From Micrococcaceae bacterium (GTDB taxonomy: Bacteria; Actinomycetota; Actinomycetes; Actinomycetales; Micrococcaceae), in NCBI GenBank assembly GCA_036790915.1, contig DAIQIR010000005.1, positions 434 through 64,433 on the forward strand: a DNA stretch of 64,000 nt. The letters run 5' to 3'. Position numbers and translations under genes: made by a program. Positions 10,450 through 21,622 of the stretch are shown piece after piece. The notes below the pieces were generated by a model. It saw only the letters and a list, made by a program, of their open reading frames with translations, had not been told where the DNA came from and searched no databases. How positions within the stretch are numbered: position 1 is the first letter of the stretch; the number at the start of each line of letters is the position of its first letter.

Positions 10450-12206
10450 GCTTGTGCTCCGTTTCCGGCCGCGGAGGCCAGCTGTGAATCAGTCAGTTCA
10501 GAATCGAGGTAGTTCGAAATCCGGGCCGCGATCAGCCCGAAGGAAACCGCACCGGGGTCGGGGTGTCCCACGCTCTTTTCGGCCAGCGGCCGGGCGCGGC
10601 CCTTGAGCGGCCGGAGCGAGGCGGTAGCGGCCGCGGCGTCCTGTGCGGCAGCCGCTGCCGCGGCAAGGGCCACCACAGCGGGAGAGCCGCCGTCGAACGC
10701 CGTCAGGAAGGTGTCCCTGAAGGGCAGCAGCGCGTCGACCATGGTTTTGTCCCCGGGTTCGGCCTTGCCCAGGGCGGTGATCGCGTCCACGAAGGCAGTG
10801 ACGGCGGCCGCCGCGTCCTCGCCGCGATAGTGGTCCCTGTTTCCCAGCGCGAGTCCGGCGGCGATGACCGCAGATCCCCACAAGGCCCCGGAGGTGCCGC
10901 CGGCGCGTTCACTCCAGGCCTCCCCTGCCGCGGTGAGCACGCGTTCCACCGATGCCCCGGCCGCCGAGGTTTCCAGTGCCGTAGCGGCGGCCGCGTCCAC
11001 GCCGCGGCGCATGCCGATGCCGTGGTCGCCGTCGCCCGCGATCGCGTCCAGGTTGCCCAGTTCCTCTTCATGTTCGACGACGACGCCCTGCACCTGCGCG
11101 AGCACGGCGGCTGCCAGCCGGCCCAGGTCCGCTGCTGCCGCCGTCGTCGCTTCCACTTCGCCGGCCACTGCGTCCTCCGGTCCGGCCAGTTCGCGGCGTG
11201 CCCGCGGGGCGAGGTTGCCTTTGCGTAAGGCGGGGGTGTCGGCCGGGGCTGCCCAGAAGCACTCCAGTTCCTCGTCCAGCCAGAGCAGGGTAAGGGAGAG
11301 CCCGGACATGTCCAGGCTGGTGACCAGCTCACCGCATTCCGGTTCCACCACGGTGAGACCGGCCGCCGCCAGGAGCTTTTCGATCTTGCCGAACAACAGG
11401 AAGAGTTCGTCGTACTTGACCGTTCCCAGGCCGTTGACGATGGCCACCACGCGGTTCCCGGCGTCGTCGGGCTTGTCCGCGAGGAGCCTGGTCACGAGCA
11501 GTTCGGCGAGCTCGGAGGCGGTGGGCATGGGGTGTTCGGAGATCCCCGGCTCGCCGTGGATGCCCAAGCCAAGCGACATCTGCCCGGCAGGGACGTGGAA
11601 GAGCGGGTCCTTGGCCCCCGGGAGCGTGCAGCCCTCGAACGCCACCCCCAGCGAGCGGGTACGGTCATTGGCTTTGATGGCGAGCCGCTCGACGTCGTCG
11701 AGGTTCAGTCCAGCCTCGGCGGCGGCGCCGGCGATCTTGAAGACCGTCAGGTCACCGGCGATGCCCCGGCGCTTCCCGATCTGGTCTTGCGGGGCACTGG
11801 CGATGTCGTCCGTAACTGTTACGGTGCGCGTTTCGATGCCCTCGGCGTTCAGGCGCAGCTGGGCCTGGCCGAAGTGCAGGACGTCGCCTGCGTAGTTGCC
11901 GTAGCTGAGCAGGACGCCGCCGCCAGCGTTGGCTGCCTTGGCCACCCGGTAGATCTGCCCGGCGGCCGGAGAAGCGAACATGTTGCCGCAAGCGGAGGCC
12001 GTTGCCAGCCCGGGGCCTACCAGGCCGGCGAAGGCCGGGTAGTGTCCTGAGCCGCCGCCCACCACGAGGGCGACCTGGCCGGCGGGGACCTCGGTGGAGC
12101 GGACCACGCCGCCGTTGACGCGGGCGACGTAGCCGCGGTTGGCAGCCACAAAGCCGTCCAGCGCCTCATCCGCAAAATCAGCGGGATTGTCGAAGATCTG
12201 GGTCAT
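10446..12206 (-). CDS. fused DhaK-DhaL dihydroxyacetone-kinase-family kinase (possible erythrulose kinase, LerK-like)
   Basis: [38 protein letters not shown] and DPGA motifs. Confidence 0.93.
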   Translation of the reverse strand: MTQIFDNPADFADEALDGFVAANRGYVARVNGGVVRSTEVPAGQVALVVGGGSGHYPAFAGLVGPGLATASACGNMFASPAAGQIYRVAKAANAGGGVLLSYGNYAGDVLHFGQAQLRLNAEGIETRTVTVTDDIASAPQDQIGKRRGIAGDLTVFKIAGAAAEAGLNLDDVERLAIKANDRTRSLGVAFEGCTLPGAKDPLFHVPAGQMSLGLGIHGEPGISEHPMPTASELAELLVTRLLADKPDDAGNRVVAIVNGLGTVKYDELFLLFGKIEKLLAAAGLTVVEPECGELVTSLDMSGLSLTLLWLDEELECFWAAPADTPALRKGNLAPRARRELAGPEDAVAGEVEATTAAAADLGRLAAAVLAQVQGVVVEHEEELGNLDAIAGDGDHGIGMRRGVDAAAATALETSAAGASVERVLTAAGEAWSERAGGTSGALWGSAVIAAGLALGNRDHYRGEDAAAAVTAFVDAITALGKAEPGDKTMVDALLPFRDTFLTAFDGGSPAVVALAAAAAAAQDAAAATASLRPLKGRARPLAEKSVGHPDPGAVSFGLIAARISNYLDSELTDSQLASAAGNGAQA

Positions 12207-12272
12207 GGTTCCTCATTGAATCCGAGTTGGGTTGGGTGATTTTTGTGCCCGGTGGGACAGGGCTCAGAGACG

Positions 12273-13277
12273 TCAGGAGGTGGCGGGTTCAAAAGCCGCC
12301 GCCTGCTGCCGCCCCTGGGCCACCTGGCTCTTACCCAAGGCATAGCCGTCGTGCTTTGGCAGCACATGACGGCGCAGGTATTCCTGGTTGCGTGCTGTGA
12401 CGCTGAGACCGTCCCCGCCGTAGTGCTCGGCGCAGATGATGCCTTGGTAGCCGGAAGCGAGTGCAACCTTGAAGGCTTCGCGGTAGTTGATCAGTCCGCT
12501 CTCCATCGGGGCCGGCATGGTGATGTAGCTGTCACGCGCCACGTCCTCGTCCCGGATGTAATTCTTCATGTGCCAGTAGTTGGAGTAAGGCATGGTCTTG
12601 GCCACCATCTCGCGCCAGTCCTCGATGGGCCGGTGCAGGCGGATCAGGTTGCCAAGGTCCGGGTTGAGCCCGACGTTGTCCAGTCCAATGTCCTGCACCA
12701 GCTGCACCGACGAGTCCGCCGTTCCGAGGTAGGTGTCCTCGTACATCTCGAGGGACAGCAGGACGCCTACCTCAGCGGCGTGACGGCCCAGTTCGCGCAG
12801 CCGGGTGACGGCGTTGGTCCAGGTTTCATGGTCACCTGCCGGGTCCTTGTGGCCTTCGACCGTCCAGAACCAAAGTTGTTTTTGCTGCTCTGGCGTAATG
12901 GCCTGGTGCAGCCCGAAGGAGACCACTTCGCAGCCAAGCTCGGCGGCCGCTTCGATGGTGCGGTGGCTATAGGCCAGGTTGCTTTCCCAGGTGGCCTCCT
13001 CGATCACGCTGCGGCGGATGGCCGAAATGACCGGGATGCCGATGCCCACGTTCGCGGCGGTCTGCTTGAACTCGGCGAGCCGCTCCTTGCTCAGATCGCC
13101 TGGCCGGACCCAGCTATCCGTCAGGTCTGCGTTGGCAAAGCCTGCTTCCTTGACCTCGGTCAGGACTTCCGCCCAAACGGACGCATCGGCGTCGTTGACC
13201 TGAGTGCCCTGGGCGTCGGTGCCCGGGAACTGCAGCAGTGCAGCGGTGATCGGCCAATTGTCAGCTGTGTAAGCCAC
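12273..13277 (-). CDS. xylose-isomerase-like TIM-barrel protein (sugar-phosphate isomerase/epimerase/decarboxylase family)
   Basis: SLEMYE, LNPDLGN, HMKN and CAEH metal-ligand pattern; GTG start with AAGGAG SD. Confidence 0.85.
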   Translation of the reverse strand: MAYTADNWPITAALLQFPGTDAQGTQVNDADASVWAEVLTEVKEAGFANADLTDSWVRPGDLSKERLAEFKQTAANVGIGIPVISAIRRSVIEEATWESNLAYSHRTIEAAAELGCEVVSFGLHQAITPEQQKQLWFWTVEGHKDPAGDHETWTNAVTRLRELGRHAAEVGVLLSLEMYEDTYLGTADSSVQLVQDIGLDNVGLNPDLGNLIRLHRPIEDWREMVAKTMPYSNYWHMKNYIRDEDVARDSYITMPAPMESGLINYREAFKVALASGYQGIICAEHYGGDGLSVTARNQEYLRRHVLPKHDGYALGKSQVAQGRQQAAAFEPATS

Positions 13278-13304
13278 GATGCTTCACTCCTTCGTAATCC
13301 TCTT

Positions 13305-13339
13305 TCCTATAGGATCTACTATCAAAAAGAAGTTGTCAA
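13305..13339 (-). promoter_or_regulatory. promoter of the catabolic operon with palindromic operator
   Basis: TTGACA (13334-13339, minus), 17 nt, then GATCCT; overlapped by the palindrome TCCTATAGGA (13305-13314). Confidence 0.65.
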
Positions 13340-13636
13340 CATCACATTCTTGGTTCGCCTCTCCCAAGTAGCGGTCCAGAGCCGGTGTCGCGCCGTGTAG
13401 TTAGAAGGTTTTGACGACGTCGCGCGCGTGCATGGCCGTGGCCGTTCTCAGAGGGGATTATGGAGGTGTCTGCCACGGTCGACGCCGATGCGAACTTGGT
13501 GCTTGAAATGGCCCGTCAAGTAGCGTGGCGTGGAGGACTTCCACGGAACCGTGGATTGTTGCCCGCGAGACCGATGTTAGATTCCTGAATTGATTCCCTG
13601 TCCTCCCCGCGGCAGGTGGAACGCGAACACGTCACC

Positions 13637-13694
13637 TTGCCGATCCGTTGATTGCGGCCGAGTCGAGACCCGCGTATCCGATCAGCTTCGCCAC
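13637..13694 (-). pseudogene. serine recombinase (resolvase) N-terminal remnant, frameshifted
   Basis: GTG GCG AAG CTG ATC GGA TAC GCG then, after restoring 2 nt, (R)VSTRPQSTDRQ, giving MAKLIGYARVST..Q..DRQ. Confidence 0.75.
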
Positions 13695-13909
13695 GACGCC
13701 GGGAAAGTCACGCTAAGCCGATCCCGCGTGGCAACGATGGGTGCCCCGGTTCGTTGAGCCTGTATGGCTAAACATAAATATCTGACTGCGGCCGAGGAGG
13801 CCTCGAACGGGCGATTCGAGGCGCAGACGACTAGCACCGTCTAAGACGGGGAGGGAGGACCTGAATTTGGGCTAGGCGTAGGGTGGAATTTAGACGATAG
13901 GAGCACTTC

Positions 13910-14686
13910 ATGAAGAAAATCCTCATGGTACTGACCAGCGTTTCCGAGATCGGCGATACGGGCGAGAAAACCGGCTACAACGTGGCCGAGACTGCACATC
14001 CCTGGAAGGTCTTCAAGGATTCCGGGCATTTCGTCGACTTCGCGTCCATCCAGGGCGGCCAGCCCCCGCGCGACGAGGTCGACTCAAAAGATCCCATCCA
14101 GGTTGCCTTCACGGAAGACGAGGCCACGCGCGCCGGTCTCTACAACACTGCCCGCGTCGACGTCGTTGATCCCGACCAGTACGACGCCGTCTTCCTCGTG
14201 GGCGGCCACGGCGCCATGTGGGACTTCCCGGACAGCGAAGGCTTGCAGAATCTGGTGGCCAGCGTCTACAACGCCGGCGGCTTGGTGGGCGCGGTCTGCC
14301 ACGGACCGGCCGGCCTGCTGAACGTGGAATTGGAGAACGGGCTTCGCCTCGTCGAGGGCCGGAAGGTGGCCGCCTTCACCAACGACGAGGAGGTTGCCGC
14401 AGGGAAGGACAAGGTCATCCCGTTCTTTTTGGCAGACCGGCTTGAGGAACAGGGCGCCACCCACGTCTCCGCTGGTGTCTTTGAGGAGAAGGTCGTGGTT
14501 GACGACCGGCTGGTGACCGGCCAGAACCCGGCTTCAGCCGCCGGCGTGGCCAAGGAGATGGAGAAGCTCTTCGCAGAGGTCATCCACCAGGAAAAAGCCG
14601 AGGAACAGCACGAGACGGAGACTCTGCGCGCCGAGAAGGACGCCCAGAAAAACGCCAAGAAGGCTGCCGCGGAAGCGGAGCACTAA
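13910..14686 (+). CDS. DJ-1/PfpI (type 1 glutamine amidotransferase-like, Hsp31/glyoxalase III-like) protein
   Basis: TGYNVAE, GGHGAMWDF, AVCHGP and LVTGQNPAS motifs; AGGAG SD. Confidence 0.92.
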   Translation: MKKILMVLTSVSEIGDTGEKTGYNVAETAHPWKVFKDSGHFVDFASIQGGQPPRDEVDSKDPIQVAFTEDEATRAGLYNTARVDVVDPDQYDAVFLVGGHGAMWDFPDSEGLQNLVASVYNAGGLVGAVCHGPAGLLNVELENGLRLVEGRKVAAFTNDEEVAAGKDKVIPFFLADRLEEQGATHVSAGVFEEKVVVDDRLVTGQNPASAAGVAKEMEKLFAEVIHQEKAEEQHETETLRAEKDAQKNAKKAAAEAEH

Positions 14687-14704
14687 CACCAACAGCGCAC
14701 TGAA

Positions 14705-14740
14705 ACTGACGGCCACCCCGACGTCGGGGCGGCCGCCAGT
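14705..14740. terminator. GC-rich hairpin downstream of the DJ-1 gene
   Basis: actgacggccaccccg-acgt-cggggcggccgccagt, 14/16 paired. Confidence 0.5.
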
Positions 14741-14752
14741 CGGCGTACATGC

Positions 14753-14878
14753 GCCGGCAACCACACTGTCCAACGCATCGCCGACCTGCTTAAGGTTCCG
14801 CGCTCCTCGATCTACGGCCACCTCAACAAATCAAGCATCGGACGACGGCCCACCGCCGGCGCCCCCGGCCCGGCGTAA
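14753..14878 (+). pseudogene. serine recombinase (resolvase) C-terminal HTH remnant
   Basis: AGNHTVQRIADLLKVPRSSIYGHLNK...* resembles a resolvase HTH; no start codon. Confidence 0.75.
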
Positions 14879-14921
14879 CAGCAGCTGCGGCCCAGAATCC
14901 CTGACATCTGGCCACCACCGG

Positions 14922-14959
14922 CTTAGCGTGGCTTTCCCGAACATTGGTCCTCAAGCCCC
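14922..14959 (-). repeat. Tn3-family 38-bp terminal inverted repeat
   Basis: GGGGCTTGAGGACCAATGTTCGGGAAAGCCACGCTAAG: exactly 38 bp, GGGG outer end and ACGCTAAG inner end as in Tn3/Tn21 IRs. Confidence 0.8.
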
Positions 14960-15505
14960 ATTCTCCTGCGGTTCACAATGTAAAAGTGGACGAAGCGGCT
15001 TGGCCCCGGCCCCTGGGAACAAGACGGCTGTCGAGAGCTTCCCGTCCCGGGCTGTGGTGGGCTCGATCAACCATGTCGGGATCGCCGTCGATGACTTCTA
15101 CAGGCCGCTCGGAATCGAGCCCGGTCGAGATTCATTGGAGGCGACACGATATTGGGACGCGGCCCAGGACCTGAGGCAATGGAAGAACGCAGGCGCGGCG
15201 GCGGGGCGTAAAGCGGTCGGTATCCTCGTGGGCGCGGGCGTGGCGGCGGGTGTGGCGGCCCTCGCCGGGGTGGCGAAGAACGCGACGAAGATGAGTAAGT
15301 GAGCGCCGAGGAGCGGGGAGTTCCGAGACCTGCAGGTGTACCCGGCGGAAAAACTCCCCGTCCCTAGTGCTCTTGCATGACACAGAACCTCCAGTTGCGG
15401 GTGCGGGTAGGTGAGTGCCCGGTGAGGGATCCGCCTGCGGGCGGCCGACTCCTTCTCCTAATCTGACGCGGTGTCTCGAAACCTCTGTGTCTCGAAACGC
15501 ATGCT

Positions 15506-16078
15506 ATGCAAGACGACTCAAAGCCTGATACTGCGATGTTAGCTGCAATGGAAGCCCTCGAATTCCAGCAGGAATTCAAGGACGCTGTCGTCACCGCCTT
15601 GACCATCGAGCTTCTGTCGTGGATCGCAGCCTCCGAGTCACTTTTCGAGACTGCCGCGGACCTGGCGAACGCGGCCACCGCCGTCTGGACGGGCCTCGGA
15701 ACCAGAATTGACGCATTCGGACCGCATCTGCAGGCCGACTCGGTACAATCCGCCGAAACCGTTAGGAATCATCTGAGCCCGCGGCGGATGGCGGAGTTGT
15801 CGGCACAGCAGCCGCGCTTCACCAAAGAGGACGCCATAGCGAAGGCGCTCGGCGTCACGTCCCCGGCGGGCAGCCCCGAAGCGGCGAGGTCGCTGCTGAC
15901 GCCAAGAGAACGTGAAATAGCGCAGCTCGTGGCAGAAGGGCTCAGTAACCGTTCCATTGCCCAGACCCTTGTGATCTCGCCCCGGACAGTCGACGGGCAC
16001 GTCGAAAACATACTGAGCAAACTCGGCTTCGGTTCAAGGGCTCAAATTGCGGCCTGGGTAGCCCGACAGACCCCCTGA
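15506..16078 (+). pseudogene. LuxR-type HTH regulator, probably the 3' fragment of a larger ATPase-TPR-LuxR gene
   Basis: LTPREREIAQLVAEGLSNRSIAQTLVISPRTVDGHVENILSKLG; the upstream helical part looks like the tail of large LuxR regulators; no clear SD. Confidence 0.6.
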
Positions 16079-16209
16079 ATGCCCTGGATAGTCAGGTCGA
16101 TTCCGGACGGGAGAAGTAGTGCTGATGAAGCATTGCGGCAACTCGGTTCTCTCAGTTGTGTGACACGCATCTTAGACTTTGGCGATGTGCGCGCAGCCCC
16201 TACTTGGGC

Positions 16210-16944
16210 TTAGCTTTCCGGGGCGTCGGCGATAGCCCGGGAACGGACCTTCCGGATATGGTCCGCCATGGCCGCCGCTGCTTTGTCCGGATCGCCCGTG
16301 GAAACGGCATCCAGGACTGCCTGGTGCTCCGCGATGGCATACTCGGCATCCGTAATGCCTACGCCGCCGAAGAGGCGGAACCGTTGGACCTGTCCTCCGA
16401 GGGCTGAGTAGGCGGCCTCCATGAACTGGTTCCCGGTCTGCCGGGCAATCAGCTGGTGGAACCGCTCGTCCGCTTCAAGATAGTCCTTGAACTCGGCAAA
16501 CGAGGGTCCCCGCGGCGCGGATTTCAAGTCCTCGACTGCCTGCTCAAGCTCGGCCAGGCCATGCTGGTTGGTGCGTTCACAGGCCAGCCGGGCGTTCACG
16601 GGCTCGATTGCCAGCCGCGCCTCCATAAGCTCCGCAAAATCCTCCCGCGTAAAGACGGGCGCTACGCGGTAGCCCTTCAGCGCCACCCTCCGGACCATGC
16701 CGGTGTGCTCGAGGCGCGCCAGTGCCTCACGGACCGGGGTGGGGGAAACATCCAGCTCGCGGGCTGTCCCGTCAATGCTGACCACGGCGCCAGGCGCCAG
16801 GCGGCCGTCCATGAGGGAGGCCAGGAGCTCGGCATAAACGTGGTCGGCCAGCACTTCGCGGCTAACTGCACGGCCGGTCCTGCTTGAGCCGTGCTGGTCG
16901 TCTGGCCTTGTGCCGGCGCGGGTGCCGTTTGACGCATTTTGCAT
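16210..16944 (-). CDS. GntR/FadR-family transcriptional regulator (wHTH + FCD)
   Basis: ELDVSPTPVREALARLE HTH; DERFH...GN and EHQAV FCD motifs. Confidence 0.93.
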   Translation of the reverse strand: MQNASNGTRAGTRPDDQHGSSRTGRAVSREVLADHVYAELLASLMDGRLAPGAVVSIDGTARELDVSPTPVREALARLEHTGMVRRVALKGYRVAPVFTREDFAELMEARLAIEPVNARLACERTNQHGLAELEQAVEDLKSAPRGPSFAEFKDYLEADERFHQLIARQTGNQFMEAAYSALGGQVQRFRLFGGVGITDAEYAIAEHQAVLDAVSTGDPDKAAAAMADHIRKVRSRAIADAPES

Positions 16945-16948
16945 GTTC

Positions 16949-16962
16949 AGATCCTATAGGAT
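16949..16962. promoter_or_regulatory. palindromic operator overlapping the -10 of the leaderless gntR promoter
   Basis: AGATCCTATAGGAT; the minus strand gives TAGGAT-6 nt-ATG; same 13-mer as at 13305-13317. Confidence 0.7.
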
Positions 16963-16996
16963 GCCACGTTCGGCGACACATCGTTTCCGGGACACA

Positions 16997-17030
16997 AGAG
17001 CCCCGGCCAGGCGGACCTGGCCGGGGCTCT
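16997..17030 (-). terminator. intrinsic terminator after efp-nusB
   Basis: agagccccggccagg-cgga-cctggccggggctct, perfect 15-bp stem. Confidence 0.75.
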
Positions 17031-17070
17031 ACATGACGCCGTGCGGACTGTTAGCCCGTGCGGAAACAAT

Positions 17071-17481
17071 TCAGGCGAGCAGCGAGGGCTTCAACTGCTG
17101 CAGCCGGCCCAGGAGGCCGTTGATGAACGACGGCGATTCATCCGTTGAGAGCGTCTTGGCCAGTGCCACTGCTTCACTGACCGCGACGCCGTCGGGAACG
17201 TCGTCGTTGTACAGCAGTTCCCAGGTGCCGATCCGCAGGATGATGCGGTCCACCGACGGCATGCGTTCCAGGGTCCACCCCTGGGAATAGGTCTCAAGGA
17301 ACTCGTCGATGGCGGTCTGCTGTGAGACGACGCCCTCCACGATTTCCAGGGTGTACGGGTTCACGATCTGGTCGGTCATTTCCCGCCGGGCCCTGAGCAC
17401 GTCGAAAGCCGAAACCGAGCGCTGCTCAGCTTCGAAGAGTACATCCAGTGCCCTGTTACGGGCCTTACCGCGTGCGCTCAC
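17071..17481 (-). CDS. nusB: transcription antitermination factor NusB
   Basis: WTLERMPSVDRIILR, EAVALAK and FINGLL motifs. Confidence 0.96.
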   Translation of the reverse strand: MSARGKARNRALDVLFEAEQRSVSAFDVLRARREMTDQIVNPYTLEIVEGVVSQQTAIDEFLETYSQGWTLERMPSVDRIILRIGTWELLYNDDVPDGVAVSEAVALAKTLSTDESPSFINGLLGRLQQLKPSLLA

Positions 17482-18044
17482 TACTCGCTGACCCGGCCGA
17501 GGTAGCTGCCGTCGCGGGTGTCAACCTTGACCTTGGTGTTGTTCTCCACGAACAACGGAACCTGGATCTCGTAGCCGGTTTCCAGGGTTGCCGGCTTGGT
17601 GCCGGCGGAGGAGCGGTCGCCCTGCAGGCCCGGCTCGGTGTAGGTGATCTCCAGGACAACGCTGGGGGGAAGTTCAATGTAGAGGGGGTTGCCTTCGTGG
17701 ATGGCGATGTTGACCATCTGGTTCTCCAGCATGAAGTTGGTGGCGTCACCCACTGTGGCACCGGGGACGGTGAGCTGGTCGAAGTCCGAGGTGTCCATAA
17801 ACACGAAGTCGGCGCCGTCCTGGTACAGGTACTGGTAATCGCGGCGGTCAACCGTGGCAGTCTCGATCTTAAGGCCGGCGTTGAACGTCTTGTCTACAAC
17901 TTTGCCGGACATCACGTTCCGCATTTTGGTCCGCACAAACGCGCCACCTTTGCCGGGCTTGACGTGCTGGAATTCAATGATGTTCCAGAGCTGGCCCTCA
18001 AGCTTAAGGACCGTTCCGTTCTTGATGTCGTTAGTGGTTGCCAC
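17481..18044 (-). CDS. efp: elongation factor P
   Basis: [12 protein letters not shown] and PGLQGDRS motifs. Confidence 0.97.
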   Translation of the reverse strand: MATTNDIKNGTVLKLEGQLWNIIEFQHVKPGKGGAFVRTKMRNVMSGKVVDKTFNAGLKIETATVDRRDYQYLYQDGADFVFMDTSDFDQLTVPGATVGDATNFMLENQMVNIAIHEGNPLYIELPPSVVLEITYTEPGLQGDRSSAGTKPATLETGYEIQVPLFVENNTKVKVDTRDGSYLGRVSE

Positions 18045-18221
18045 TGGTATCCTCTGGTTTCTATCTGTCTGGTCAGTTGTCAGACGTTCTATGCCGGCCA
18101 GGCATGCCGAACGGCCCGCCAGCGCGTGTTTATCAAAAATCCAAAAACCATTCTACCGGTAAAAGCCGGACGGCTTACGTCGGGGCTTCCCGGCCACTCA
18201 CCTCAGAACGTGACAGGCCTG

Positions 18222-18739
18222 TCAGCAGGCCAGATCCAGGACGTCGCGGGCCCGCTGAAGTGCCACGGTGGACGAGTAGATCAGGGCGGCATCAGCCGAT
18301 TGCGCGACCCGAAGATCCAGCGCCCGGGCAAAGGCTTCCACCGCGGCGGACGTGTGTCCGGACGCGTACTGCGTCCTGCCCAGGTGCTGCAGGACCAGGG
18401 CCTCAAGGTCAGTCCCCTGGAACTCCGCAAGTAACTGCTTGAACAGCTCCACGGCCCGGTCCGTGCGGTGTGTGACACGAAGCACCTCAGCCTCGAACGT
18501 GCGAAGCCGGAAGGACTCGGGGTCCTTGAAGCGGGCTTCCGCCAGCAATTCGGCCGCGCCTGAAGCATGCCCCTCCACGATCAGGACAAAGATCTCATCT
18601 GCCGGGTCCGTGGACGCCGCCAGGGCTGCGCGACATGCATCCTCGTTGACGATCTCCGGCAGGAGGGAGACGGGGTTGATCCGGATTCCGGGGAAGCCGG
18701 CCTCGGGCCAGTCGCTGGTGCCCGCCGCGTCGCCCTGCA

Positions 18740-18740
<1 letters not shown>
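18222..18740 (-). CDS. tetratricopeptide-repeat protein
   Basis: ALVLQHLGRTQYASGHTSAAVEAFARALDLR TPR-like repeat; coupled to the aroB stop. Confidence 0.75.
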
Positions 18741-20396
<1,656 letters not shown>

Positions 20397-20397
<1 letters not shown>

Positions 20398-21596
20398 TAG
20401 TGGCCGATCGAGTCCAGGGATGCCGGAATGTTGTCCAGGTAACCCTTGATGTTGCGGGCGGTCTCCGCCACGGAGTCACCGCCGAACTTTTCGGTGACGG
20501 CTTCAGCCAGGACCAGCGCCACCATCGCTTCGGCCACAACCCCGGCGGCCGGCACGGCACAGACGTCAGAGCGCTGATGGTGTGCCTTCGCAGGCTCCCC
20601 CGTGCTGACGTCAACGGTGCGCAGGGCGCGGGGCACTGTGGCGATGGGCTTCATGGCCGCACGCACGCGCAGGACATCGCCGATGCTCATGCCGCCCTCA
20701 ATGCCGCCTGCCCGGTTGCTGGTCCGGACTATTTTGCCGTCGGCGTCCTTGACGATTTCGTCGTGGGCCGCGGAGCCGCGGCGGGCGGCCGTCAGGAACC
20801 CGTCGCCCACTTCGACGCCCTTGATGGCCTGGATGCCCATCAGGGCAGCGGCGAGCCGTGAGTCGAGCCTGCGGTCCCAGTGGACGTAGCTGCCAAGTCC
20901 CGGCGGCAGTCCATAGGCGAGCACCTCCACCACGCCGCCCAAGGTTTCGCCTTCCTTGTGTGCGGCGTCCACCTCGGCCACCATGGCGTTGGATGTCTCG
21001 CGGTCGAAGCAGCGCAAGGGATCGGCGTCGAGCGCGATCACGTTGGCCGGAACCGGCAGAGGACGGCCTTCGGGCACCGTCACGCTGGCGATGGAGACCG
21101 TGTGGCTGACCAGTTCAATGCCGAGCGCCTTGAGGAACTGGGCTGCCACCGTGCCCATGGCAACCCGGGTGGCGGTCTCCCGGGCACTGGCGCGCTCCAG
21201 GACCGGGCGGGCTTCGGAGAACCCGTACTTCTGCATTCCGGTGAAATCTGCGTGGCCCGGACGGGGCCGGGTCAACGGTGCGTTGCGGGCCTGGTCGGCG
21301 AGGACCGCGGGATCCACGGGGTCCGCAGCCATGATCTGCTCCCACTTGGGCCATTCGCTGTTGGCGACCTGGATGGCTACGGGGCCGCCCTGAGTCAGGC
21401 CGTGGCGGACGCCGCCGAGAATGGTGACGACGTCCTGCTCAAACTTCATTCGTGCGCCCCGGCCATAGCCAAGGCGGCGGCGAGCCAATGAATCAGCGAT
21501 CTGCCCGCTGGTGAGTTCAACACCGGCGGGGACGCCTTCAATAATTCCCATCAGAGCCGGACCATGGGATTCACCGGCTGTCAACCAACGCAACAT
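20397..21596 (-). CDS. aroC: chorismate synthase
   Basis: [21 protein letters not shown] and RSDVC motifs. Confidence 0.97.
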
Positions 21597-21622
21597 AATT
21601 TCCATCCTGCCACGTATGGCGG

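Larger units (their letters stand above)
13700..14959. mobile_element. degenerate Tn3-family element carrying a DJ-1/PfpI gene
   Basis: Complete 38-bp IR at 14922-14959, inverted partial IR at 13700-13720 (20/21 identical), resolvase fragments; no transposase. Confidence 0.65.

Noticed and set aside
12243..13400. 385-aa + strand ORF
   Set aside because: Antisense to the TIM-barrel gene, which has the SD, motifs and operon coupling
13340..13500. Complete left Tn3 IR or 5-bp target duplication (ATTCT at 13346; GGGG at ~13453)
   Set aside because: Neither is followed by a sequence matching the 38-bp IR, so the left boundary is undefined
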